A stretch of DNA of 64,000 bases from Opitutaceae bacterium. GTDB lineage: Bacteria; Verrucomicrobiota; Verrucomicrobiia; Opitutales; Opitutaceae. Position 1 is the first letter of the stretch, and each line of letters opens with the position of its first letter. The DNA is taken from assembly GCA_018667915.1 (NCBI GenBank), contig JABIRI010000353.1:5768-69767 (forward strand), written 5' to 3'. The notes below the pieces were generated by a model. That model ran no database searches, was not told the DNA's origin, and saw only the letters and a list, made by a program, of their open reading frames with translations. The position numbers and the translations under genes were made by a program. Positions 17,585-25,733 of the stretch are shown here, in pieces.

Positions 17585-17616
17585 CGAAAACGCCCGCGTC
17601 GGTGAAGACGCGGGCG
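17585..17616 (-). terminator. Rho-independent terminator for the small membrane protein gene
   Basis: 10-bp perfect stem CGCCCGCGTC / GACGCGGGCG. TTTT follows on the minus strand. Confidence 0.75.
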
Positions 17617-17636
17617 GTTACAATAAGCGCGATTAA

Positions 17637-17843
17637 TTAAGCGGCAAAAGGATGGGTCTCGGTGCGTTTGGCGAGGGCAGCCGTCTTGGTGTAGCTCGGA
17701 GTGACGTCACGGTAGTCGCCGATGGCGATTGAGCTGAGGCCGAGGACTGCGGTGATGCCGAAGGCGACCGGAGCTGCGAGTCCCACCAGGATGGTGGCAG
17801 GAGCAATTAAGGCGGTAGAGAGGAGAGCGATGGTGGTTTTCAT
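17637..17843 (-). CDS. Small two-TM membrane protein (hypothetical)
   Basis: 68 aa from MKTTIALLSTALIAP with its own terminator. The longer ORF to 17897 is unlikely. Confidence 0.5.
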   Translation of the reverse strand: MKTTIALLSTALIAPATILVGLAAPVAFGITAVLGLSSIAIGDYRDVTPSYTKTAALAKRTETHPFAA

Positions 17844-18395
17844 TTTTGTTATTTTTTGAATTTTAAAGGAAAGTAATTGTCTGACGTAGAGAAACACCCG
17901 GGGGACCTTGGCAAAGTTGCAGATTTTATATTTTTTTTCTGAAACTCAGCTTTTGGTGGGAGTGGCTATTGTTGTTAAATACAGAGACGCCAGTCCGCCG
18001 CCGTGGTTACATCATCGCTAAGATAAATTGTCCGAGTCTAAATGGATTCAATAAATGGATACGCATTCAGATAGTCGGATTCAGGTAGGCGCTGTCGGGG
18101 CCGTTCGACTCCGCCAAAACGTCGTGGGGACATGCCGACTCCAGCTACAGCGTGGTGGTGGGCGGACGTTTTGGTCACGATAGGTTTTATGCCCTACAGC
18201 GTTTGTTGGCCAGTTGTGCTGGGGTAATGGCTGCGAAATGAATCGGCGCTCTCGGCGAGCATCCCTCCAACCTTTTTTGGGGGGGCGGCGTCGAGCGAGG
18301 AGGGGTAGAGCGGTTTCTCCGAAACCGCTGTTTCATTCTTATAGGAGTCGGGCCGTCTGAAGCGCGTCGAAAAAGAGGACGGTCAAAAACGGACA

Positions 18396-18428
18396 CAAAA
18401 AAGGCGGGTCACTGGTGTGACCCGCCGA
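18396..18428 (-). terminator. Rho-independent terminator for the RRM gene
   Basis: GGCGGGTCAC / GTGACCCGCC stem. T-run on the minus strand (A-run 18397-18402). Confidence 0.8.
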
Positions 18429-18450
18429 AAGTGGTGATTAACCGTATCGC

Positions 18451-18702
18451 TTATTCGCGGGGCTTGGCTTCGTTGACCTTGAGGGAACGGCCGTCGAGGT
18501 CGGAACCATTGAGGGCTTCGATAGCAGCCTGGGCTTCTTCAGCTTTGCTGAACGTTACGAAAGCGAAGCCACGGGGGCGGCCGGTTTCGCGGTCCATGGC
18601 GACGTAGATGTCGGTAATGTCACCGTGAGCGCCGAAGGCCTGACGGATAGCATCTTCGGTGGTATTGAATGACAAATTGCCGATGTATAGTTTGGAGTTC
18701 AT
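18451..18702 (-). CDS. RRM-type RNA-binding protein
   Basis: RNP2 LYIGNL and RNP1 RGFAFVTF. 83 aa from the ATG at 18702; the upstream ORF extension is rejected. Confidence 0.9.
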   Translation of the reverse strand: MNSKLYIGNLSFNTTEDAIRQAFGAHGDITDIYVAMDRETGRPRGFAFVTFSKAEEAQAAIEALNGSDLDGRSLKVNEAKPRE

Positions 18703-18943
18703 ATGTGTTTTTTTGCGAGAGCGGTCGTTTCTTAGCGTGTTCCCGAAATTCGGATTTCGGGTCAACTCAAGAACGAGACGTTCATTTGCAGACCCACCAT
18801 TCACTATCATTTAGCGTTCTCTAAAAGCCGAAGGGGCGGGAAAGTCGCGTAAAAGCAATGAATTAAAGTAAGAACCGCGGAATATACGAGCGGGCTCGGG
18901 CGCCAAAACGGAGGTATTTCCGGGGAATGGATTCGCTGGTTCG

Positions 18944-19228
18944 CTACTTAAATCGGACCAATGTGGCGCCCCAGCCACCGGTTTTTTCGTCGCCGAGCCG
19001 GTATCCGGCGATGCTGGGTATGCGGTCTAATAAGGTGTGGACCGTGGTGCGCAGGGTGCCCGTGCCCTTGCCGTGGATGATGCGCACTTCACGGATGCCC
19101 TTGTCGCGGGCGGCCTCCAGGTAGGCTGGAATCAATTCGCCGAGATCAGACGGCCGAAAGGTGTGCAGATCCAGTTCGTCGGTAATGGGGAACTCGACGG
19201 GATCTTCTTCGTTGATCGCCTCATTCAT
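18944..19228 (-). CDS. Smr-domain protein
   Basis: ELDLHTFRPSD...IREVRIIHGKGTGTLR is the Smr core. Confidence 0.85.
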   Translation of the reverse strand: MNEAINEEDPVEFPITDELDLHTFRPSDLGELIPAYLEAARDKGIREVRIIHGKGTGTLRTTVHTLLDRIPSIAGYRLGDEKTGGWGATLVRFK

Positions 19229-19251
19229 GCGGATCGAACGGGAATCGACCT

Positions 19252-19836
19252 TCAGGCCTTTTTTTCCGGAGGTTCGGGCGATGCCTCTTCGTCGGGCGTA
19301 GAATCCAGCCCCGCTTCATAGGCTTCGTCTACCTCCGGCGCGGTCTCGGATGAGGTCTCAAGATGTCGGTGATCTTCATCATAATCGTATTCTTGATGAT
19401 GATGATCATACTCGTCGTGGTCTAAGGGCTCGCCCGTTTCGGAAACCCCGCCGGAAGCGGCGGTGGCGGCCGCTGCGGCGGTGCCCGCTGCGGGTAAGGC
19501 GTTAGACGCAGCCGATGCACCGGTTTCGGTGTTTGCGAGGGCGGGACGGGATCGACGAACCGGGGGCCGGCGATGGGGCGAGGAATCCAGGTCCATGGCG
19601 CGGCGAATTTCATCTTCGACTCCCGAAGCCGCCCGTTTGAATTGGCGCACCGATTTACCCAAGCTCTTGGCTACTTCCGGGAGGCGTTTGCCGCCGAAGA
19701 GCATCAAGGAGAGCACGAATATTACCAACATTTCCAGGCCGCCGAGGCCGTCGAGTAGAGCAATGATGGGGGTAGGGATGTGCACGATTTGGAAAAGAGG
19801 GAGTAGAGAGATGGCGGGACGAGGGACGGAATTCAA
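19252..19836 (-). CDS. tatA: Twin-arginine translocase TatA/E-family protein with a long acidic, His/Tyr-rich tail
   Basis: GLGGLEMLVIFVLSLMLFGGKRLPEVAKSLGKSVRQFK is the TatA TM plus amphipathic helix. The tail contains DHDEYDHHHQEYDYDEDHRH. The true start is probably internal (for example a GTG near 19775). Confidence 0.8.
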   Translation of the reverse strand: MNSVPRPAISLLPLFQIVHIPTPIIALLDGLGGLEMLVIFVLSLMLFGGKRLPEVAKSLGKSVRQFKRAASGVEDEIRRAMDLDSSPHRRPPVRRSRPALANTETGASAASNALPAAGTAAAAATAASGGVSETGEPLDHDEYDHHHQEYDYDEDHRHLETSSETAPEVDEAYEAGLDSTPDEEASPEPPEKKA

Positions 19837-19898
19837 CCACTTCTGATCATGGATGCACTCAGAATTGGGGAGGATCTTTGCCTACTGGTGCCGAGAAT

Positions 19899-20822
19899 TT
19901 AGCCGATTGCGACGTTTACGGTGAAATGCGCGGTATTTCCGACCGGAACCAGGTGGAGGCCTCGGCCATGGCCGGCGGCGTTGGGTGGGCCCATCCACGG
20001 CTCGACACAGTAAAAGGGGGCATCCGGATCGGAGGTCCAGGTGACCACGGCGGCATCGGGGGCGGGTTTCGATTCGGTGCCCAGACTCACGATCACGTGC
20101 TCCGAATCGTCTTTCGGGCCAAATTTTAACTGATTGTTTTCTAGCCCGACGTGAATCGTATCCACCAAATCGGGATTGGAGAGGGTGACCAGACGGGAGA
20201 GGGGTGGGCCGGGCTCGAGGATCCCCGTTTCGTTTTGCCGGACGGTTTCCGCCGAGGGGAACTTGATAAAGTAATCATCGCGGGTTTCTCCATCTGTCCA
20301 AGGGGCGGCGAAGTAGAAATGGTGGCCTGCCGACCAAGGGATCGGGCTCGTGTCGAGGTTGGAGAGCGCAAATTCGCAAGTGAGCCGGTGTTCCTCGAAT
20401 CGGTAGGTTACCCGAAACTCATAGTCGTAGGGGTAAACGTCGCGATCAACGGCGGTGGGTTGGAACGTGGCGCGGAAGCCGGTTTGATCCATATGATCGA
20501 CATTGAAGGCACCTTGGCGGGCGATGCCGTGCATCGGCATGGGGCGGCGCTGGCCCTGAGGGTCGCGCCAGAAATGAATTTCGCCGGCCTCGTAAGTGCG
20601 GGCGCTGAACGGGAAGAGCACCGGATTACCGCCGCGGATCTTGGCGACGGGTTGGTCGAGTTCCGCGAGATCCGGCCAGTGAATGACCTCGCGAACGGAA
20701 CCATCGCCGCGGGCGTGGTTCCAATGCATGAGCCGTGCTCCGGCTTCGGGCCAGGCGAGAAAGGTTGAGCCGCCGATTTGCCAGCGACGGATTGTCTGGC
20801 CGAGGTAGTTGAGAGATTCCAT
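19899..20822 (-). CDS. Aldose 1-epimerase-family (galactose mutarotase-like) protein
   Basis: About 300 aa, all-beta composition. GGNPVLFPF and HGIARQ motifs are typical of the family. Confidence 0.65.
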   Translation of the reverse strand: MESLNYLGQTIRRWQIGGSTFLAWPEAGARLMHWNHARGDGSVREVIHWPDLAELDQPVAKIRGGNPVLFPFSARTYEAGEIHFWRDPQGQRRPMPMHGIARQGAFNVDHMDQTGFRATFQPTAVDRDVYPYDYEFRVTYRFEEHRLTCEFALSNLDTSPIPWSAGHHFYFAAPWTDGETRDDYFIKFPSAETVRQNETGILEPGPPLSRLVTLSNPDLVDTIHVGLENNQLKFGPKDDSEHVIVSLGTESKPAPDAAVVTWTSDPDAPFYCVEPWMGPPNAAGHGRGLHLVPVGNTAHFTVNVAIG

Positions 20823-20976
20823 GGCGTGGTTTATCTAACTAAAGGCGATCGTTCTGTGGATGAATTTCAATCTGTAATGACAGTAAGAGCGCCAGCGATT
20901 CGAAACAATCCCGAGAAATGTAAGGCGCGGGTGCTTGCGGTGGAGGAAGGGATGGTGCACGTTCGGCTCCCGTCTG

Positions 20977-22479
20977 ATGAAGTTTTCCCGTCCCATTCGA
21001 TTTTCCACAGCCTGCTTCGCGGGTTGGCTCGTGTCTTTGGGGCTGGCGTATGCGCTCGAGGAAAATTCGCCTCGCCCTGAAGTGAAACCGGAGCCGAGCG
21101 CGCCGGTTACGATCGAGCGCGAAGCTTTATCCGAACGAGAAGGTATGGCCAAGGTGGTCGTAATTCCCGTGCGCGACCAAATCGCCCAACCGATTCTGTA
21201 TGTGATTCGCCGTGGCTTGAAGGATGCGGTCGAAGCCGAGGCCGATCTGGTGATCTTGGACATGGAAACTCCCGGCGGAAGCCTCGGGGTGACCTTCGAA
21301 ATCCTCGAAGCGTTGGACAAATTTCCCGGGCAAACGGCAACTTTTGTAAACAAAGAGGCCATTTCAGCGGGTGCGTTTATCTCGGCGATGACGGACGACA
21401 TTTATTTCGCCCCGACGGGGGTGATCGGGGCAGCGGCTCCGGTCATGTCGACCGGAGGTGAGATTGATACGTCGATGAAACAAAAAATCATCAGCTACCT
21501 GCGTGCCCGTATTCGGGCAATTTCGGAGGGGCACCCTTATCGGGGTGAAGTGATTTCAGCCATGGTCGATGCGGATTACGTTTTGGAGATCGAGGGCGAG
21601 CTGCTGAAGCCCAAAGGCGAGCTGCTGTCACTCACCGCGACGGAGGCGGCCCAAACCTACGGCGATCCCGCGCAGCCCCTGCTCGCGGCGGGGATAGCAG
21701 AATCGATCGAGGAGATTCTTACGGCAAGGTTTGGCGCCGGCGGTTACGAAATCACCCAACTTGAAACCACCTGGTCGGAAGATCTGGCAGCGCTGCTCAA
21801 TGGTATTTCACCCATCCTGATGGGGCTGGGACTACTGGGGTTGTTTATTGAATTCAAAACACCGGGTTTCGGGGTGTTCGGTATCGGCGGAGGGTTACTG
21901 CTACTCGTCGTGTTCTTCGGACACTATGTGGCCGGACTTTCGGGGAGCGAACCGATGTTACTCTTCTTCCTCGGTGTTCTGCTGGTGTTTATCGAAATTC
22001 TGCTCTTCCCCGGAATCATGGTGGCGGCGATTTCAGGGCTCTTGCTCATGCTAGGGTCGCTCGTTTGGTCGATGGCGGATATCTGGCCCAATGAGCCGAT
22101 CAGTTTCTCGGCCGACGTTTTTATGCAACCGTTCGCAAATCTGCTGATGGCAATCGTGGTCGCGGCGGTTGGCGGTGTTGCCGTAATACGGTTCCTTCCG
22201 AGCGGATGGTTCTGGGACCGGATGGTTTTAGCGGCAGCAGTCGGCAAAACCCAAGTGGTCACCGATGCTAAATCCGACACTGGCGGGGACGATCTGATCG
22301 GATTAACCGGAGTTGCTGTGACCGATCTATTTCCTAGTGGCCAAGTCGAGATTGAGGGCCGTTGGCACGAAGCTAAAGTTGGAGTCGGCTCGACGGAAAA
22401 AGGCACACGAGTGCGCGTCGTTGGTCGCGACAGATTCGCTTTGACCGTCGAGGCGATTGAAGAGGAGGGTGAAGTATGA
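20977..22479 (+). CDS. NfeD-family membrane-bound ClpP-class serine protease (long form)
   Basis: Signal/TM, ClpP-like domain (LVILDMETPGGSLG, EAISAGAFIS), polytopic TM block and a C-terminal OB-fold (GQVEIEGRWHEAK). ATG at 20977 chosen. Confidence 0.85.
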   Translation: MKFSRPIRFSTACFAGWLVSLGLAYALEENSPRPEVKPEPSAPVTIEREALSEREGMAKVVVIPVRDQIAQPILYVIRRGLKDAVEAEADLVILDMETPGGSLGVTFEILEALDKFPGQTATFVNKEAISAGAFISAMTDDIYFAPTGVIGAAAPVMSTGGEIDTSMKQKIISYLRARIRAISEGHPYRGEVISAMVDADYVLEIEGELLKPKGELLSLTATEAAQTYGDPAQPLLAAGIAESIEEILTARFGAGGYEITQLETTWSEDLAALLNGISPILMGLGLLGLFIEFKTPGFGVFGIGGGLLLLVVFFGHYVAGLSGSEPMLLFFLGVLLVFIEILLFPGIMVAAISGLLLMLGSLVWSMADIWPNEPISFSADVFMQPFANLLMAIVVAAVGGVAVIRFLPSGWFWDRMVLAAAVGKTQVVTDAKSDTGGDDLIGLTGVAVTDLFPSGQVEIEGRWHEAKVGVGSTEKGTRVRVVGRDRFALTVEAIEEEGEV

Positions 22480-22940
22480 CCGTTGTCGCTACCTTGTTTG
22501 TGGTAGGAGTTTTGCTGCTCGGCTTTGAAGTATTATTGCCGGGTGGAATACTGGGAATATTTGCCGGCTTGTGCCTGTTGGGCGGGACAGGATTTGCCTT
22601 CGTTGAATTTGGCATGAGCGGCGGGTTGATCGCCTTGATGGTCGCAGTCGTCCTCGTCGCAGCCGTGCTCTATTTCGAATTAGCGATCCTACCTAAGACG
22701 GCGATGGGCAAACGCTTGTTTTTGAAAAAAGCGATCGATGGCAAGTCCTCACCAAAACGCGACCGGGACTATGTGGGCGCGGAGGGGGTAACCCTCACGG
22801 CGCTCGGCCCGACGGGATATATTGAAATCGACGGTAAGCGTCTCGAAGCATTTTCTCGTTCTGGATTTTTAGAAACGAATGTGCCGGTCAAGGTTGTCGG
22901 CACTGATAATTTTAGATTAATAGTAACTCCAGCCCCTTAA
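22476..22940 (+). CDS. NfeD-family protein (short form: TM + OB-fold)
   Basis: ATGA overlap with the preceding gene. TM helices followed by GYIEIDGKRLEAFS...VKVVG. Confidence 0.85.
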   Translation: MTVVATLFVVGVLLLGFEVLLPGGILGIFAGLCLLGGTGFAFVEFGMSGGLIALMVAVVLVAAVLYFELAILPKTAMGKRLFLKKAIDGKSSPKRDRDYVGAEGVTLTALGPTGYIEIDGKRLEAFSRSGFLETNVPVKVVGTDNFRLIVTPAP

Positions 22941-22947
22941 ATAAATC

Positions 22948-23958
22948 ATGGATCTCACTCTAGTTATAATCATCGCCGCCGCGATCGCCGGATTGGTGAT
23001 CATGGTCGTCGTCATTTCCTTCTTCAACATCTGGCTCAAGGCGTGGTTGTCCGGAGCGAAAGTTGGCCTAGTCAACTTGGTGGCTATGCGGCTGCGCGGT
23101 GTGCCCTATGGGATTATCGTCGATGCTCGGATTCGGGCCGTAAAGGCCGGTATTGAACTCGGCGTCGATGAAATCGAATCCCAGTATTTGGCGGGTGGTA
23201 ATGTTATTTCCTGTGTGCAGGCGTTGATCGCCGCGCAGAAAGCTCGAATCGAGCTCGATTGGCAGGCGGCCTGTGCCATTGACTTGGCTACCAAAGGGTC
23301 AGGCAAGAGTGTCGAAGAAGCGGTGCGCACCTCGGTCGACCCTAAGGTGATTGACTGCCCTAATCCGGACGCGGGTCGTGGCACCATCGATGGTGTGGCC
23401 AAAGATGGTATCCAAGTGAAGGTGCGGGCGCGCGTGACGGTCCGAACCAATCTCGACCGGTTCGTGGGTGGTGCGAAGGAAGAGACCATCGTTGCCCGCG
23501 TGGGTGAAGGTATTGTTACGACCATTGGTTCAGCCGACACCTACAAGGTGGTGCTCGAATCCCCTGACACCATATCGAAGACGGTGCTGTCGCGCGGTCT
23601 CGACGTGGGTTCGGCGTTTGAAATTTTATCAATCGACATCGCCGACGTGGACGTCGGAGAGAATGTCGGAGCGAAGCTCCAAGAAGCTCAGGCTGAGGCG
23701 AACAAGAGTATCGCTCAGGCCGAGGCTGAAATCCGTCGGGCGGCTGCGGTCGCGGTCGAGCAAGAGATGAAGGCCCGAGTCGAGGAAATGCGCGCGAAGG
23801 TCGTCGAGGCCGAAGCCCAGGTGCCGCTCGCGATGGCTGAAGCCTTCCGCAGGGGGAACCTTGGGGTGATGGACTATTACAAGATGGAGAACATTAAGGC
23901 CGACACCGATATGCGCAGCTCAATCGGTGATCCGGACGACGATAAGCCTGGTTCGTAA
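22948..23958 (+). CDS. floA: Flotillin-like protein FloA (SPFH, UPF0365)
   Basis: Near-collinear similarity to FloA/YqfA as I recall it: [53 protein letters not shown]. Confidence 0.95.
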   Translation: MDLTLVIIIAAAIAGLVIMVVVISFFNIWLKAWLSGAKVGLVNLVAMRLRGVPYGIIVDARIRAVKAGIELGVDEIESQYLAGGNVISCVQALIAAQKARIELDWQAACAIDLATKGSGKSVEEAVRTSVDPKVIDCPNPDAGRGTIDGVAKDGIQVKVRARVTVRTNLDRFVGGAKEETIVARVGEGIVTTIGSADTYKVVLESPDTISKTVLSRGLDVGSAFEILSIDIADVDVGENVGAKLQEAQAEANKSIAQAEAEIRRAAAVAVEQEMKARVEEMRAKVVEAEAQVPLAMAEAFRRGNLGVMDYYKMENIKADTDMRSSIGDPDDDKPGS

Positions 23959-23994
23959 TCCGCTCGACCGCGCCATCCCCCCTTATCGCCTCCC

Positions 23995-24609
23995 GTGGAC
24001 TGGATTTTCGATAATATATTCATCATCGCGATCATTGGATCGGCGATAGCCCGTTGGCTGAGCGGGCTCAAGGAAGACAGCTCCGATTCGTCGTCCGGCG
24101 AGCGCCCGGCCCGGGGGGCGGTCGATGTGGAACAGGCCGAAAGGAATCGTCGTTTGCGTGAAGAGATTCGCCGCAAGCGCGAGCAACGTCGTGGTGGTCA
24201 AACCGTCGCTCCGGCGGAGGCGGTAGAGCCAGCGAAGCCCGCCTATGATCCTCACCTTCCTGAGCAGCAGCAGATTCCACCGATCTTGCGGGAGATGCTG
24301 GGAATTCCGCAAGAGCCGCAACCCGTAGTGGTTACTCCGACCCCGCCTCCCGTGCCCGAAGTTAATCCGGTGCTCGATCGACAGCAACGGATGGAGCAGG
24401 AAATGGCGGAGCTCGAGATCAAGCGGCGGGAAGCCGATGCCCTAGCTCGTAAAGCGGGTGTTGGCCAAGGTGGTCCCCGTCGACGTCGGGCGAAAAGCAC
24501 TTCCGATCTCAGTGAACGCGATTTCTTGGCGACTTTGCGCAATCCTCAGCAAGCGCGTCGCGCGATCCTGCTAAGGGAGATCCTCGGTAAGCCGGTCGGT
24601 CTGCGCTGA
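23995..24609 (+). CDS. Hypothetical membrane-anchored Arg/Pro/Glu-rich protein
   Basis: N-terminal TM (IFIIAIIGSAIARWL) followed by low-complexity charged and Pro-rich sequence. GTG start. Co-directional with floA. Confidence 0.5.
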   Translation: MDWIFDNIFIIAIIGSAIARWLSGLKEDSSDSSSGERPARGAVDVEQAERNRRLREEIRRKREQRRGGQTVAPAEAVEPAKPAYDPHLPEQQQIPPILREMLGIPQEPQPVVVTPTPPPVPEVNPVLDRQQRMEQEMAELEIKRREADALARKAGVGQGGPRRRRAKSTSDLSERDFLATLRNPQQARRAILLREILGKPVGLR

Positions 24610-24877
24610 AGCCTAAGGGATGACCCGGGTCAACTCTTTGGGCTACAGTTACAGTGGATCGGGAGTGGTTTGGTTTTGTAACCGGGCGCGTTATTTTGTC
24701 AGCCCTCGATGTGGGATCGACTGGCCAGGGGTGGTCCGGATGACACGTTACGTTAGCGTAAAAACTGAGAGATAGGGGCCGTCGGGGGGTAAAGCCTGAC
24801 CCACCTGGTGGGGGTGTATTAATGGTCGGTCGGGCGTTATGCCCGACATCATCCTACAATTCGACTCGCACGCCCGT

Positions 24878-25663
24878 TTACTGAATCCGGATACGATCCC
24901 GTCCGGTGAGTCCGGTGGGGTAGCGTTGGTCGTTCATTTCGATCTCCACGTTCTGAATCGGGTCAGCCGTGAGGAGCATCGAGGAAGATTTCGGGAAACT
25001 GCGATTGTCGCCGCGGGTGAGGTCACCTTGGAAAAGTTCCGCGCCCGAGGCTTCATCGACCATCTTGATGCGAACGTTGTCGAGGGCATGCACCACGACT
25101 TGAGGCACGGTCGAAGTTACTGCGGAGTCGGTTGTTGAGCCGACGGGCTCGGTGGTTTCGTCGGAATTACCAAAGAGACCAACAATGAAAATGATGAGCG
25201 AGACGAGGGCAGCGACGATCGCCAGCACGAGCAGTCCCTTCACCACAATGGCTTTGTCGATGTAGGGCAGTCCTTCCGCCAATGGCTTGAAAGTCGCAGG
25301 ATTACTCTTAACGCCGTCTTCGGTCTCTTTGCCTTCGTCCGTTGGGTCGAGGGCGGTTTCTTTGGCTTTGCCCAAAGTCAGATCCAGCCGACCGTAGGTT
25401 TCGCGATCTGAAATTTTCGGCTGTGGGTTGCCATGACCGAGAGAGCGGTAATCCGCGATTATCTTCTCGGCGGAAAGTCCCAGATAGGTGGCGTAGTTGC
25501 GGAGGAATCCGCGCACGTAGATGTCGGGGAGGTTCAGATCGAACTGGTTACTCTCGAACTTGTGCAGGTAGTCGCCGCGGACCTTGGTCGCTTCGGCGGC
25601 TTCACGAATGGAGATTCCCTTACTCTTGCGTGCCTCCTCCAGTCTTTCGCCGATATTCTGCAT
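24878..25663 (-). CDS. rodZ: RodZ-like cytoskeleton protein (HTH + TM + C-terminal DUF4115-like domain)
   Basis: IGERLEEARKSKGISIREAAEATKVRGDYLHKFE and YVRGFLRNYATYLGL. Central TM. Confidence 0.8.
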   Translation of the reverse strand: MQNIGERLEEARKSKGISIREAAEATKVRGDYLHKFESNQFDLNLPDIYVRGFLRNYATYLGLSAEKIIADYRSLGHGNPQPKISDRETYGRLDLTLGKAKETALDPTDEGKETEDGVKSNPATFKPLAEGLPYIDKAIVVKGLLVLAIVAALVSLIIFIVGLFGNSDETTEPVGSTTDSAVTSTVPQVVVHALDNVRIKMVDEASGAELFQGDLTRGDNRSFPKSSSMLLTADPIQNVEIEMNDQRYPTGLTGRDRIRIQ

Positions 25664-25733
25664 AGTCGTAAATTAGAACTGAGAATTGGTAACTAGGAAG
25701 CGCGAAATCACGAAAGGAGGGCTCGGAGCCAAA

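Noticed and set aside
18085-18120. GTTCGACTCC string resembling a tRNA/tmRNA T-arm
   Set aside because: The flanking bases do not form the 5-bp T-stem. No acceptor stem or CCA-proximal pairing could be built. It is not a tRNA or tmRNA.
18187-18396. 69-aa basic minus-strand ORF
   Set aside because: It has Arg/Pro-rich low complexity. It begins immediately at the terminator of the upstream RRM gene, with no promoter space.
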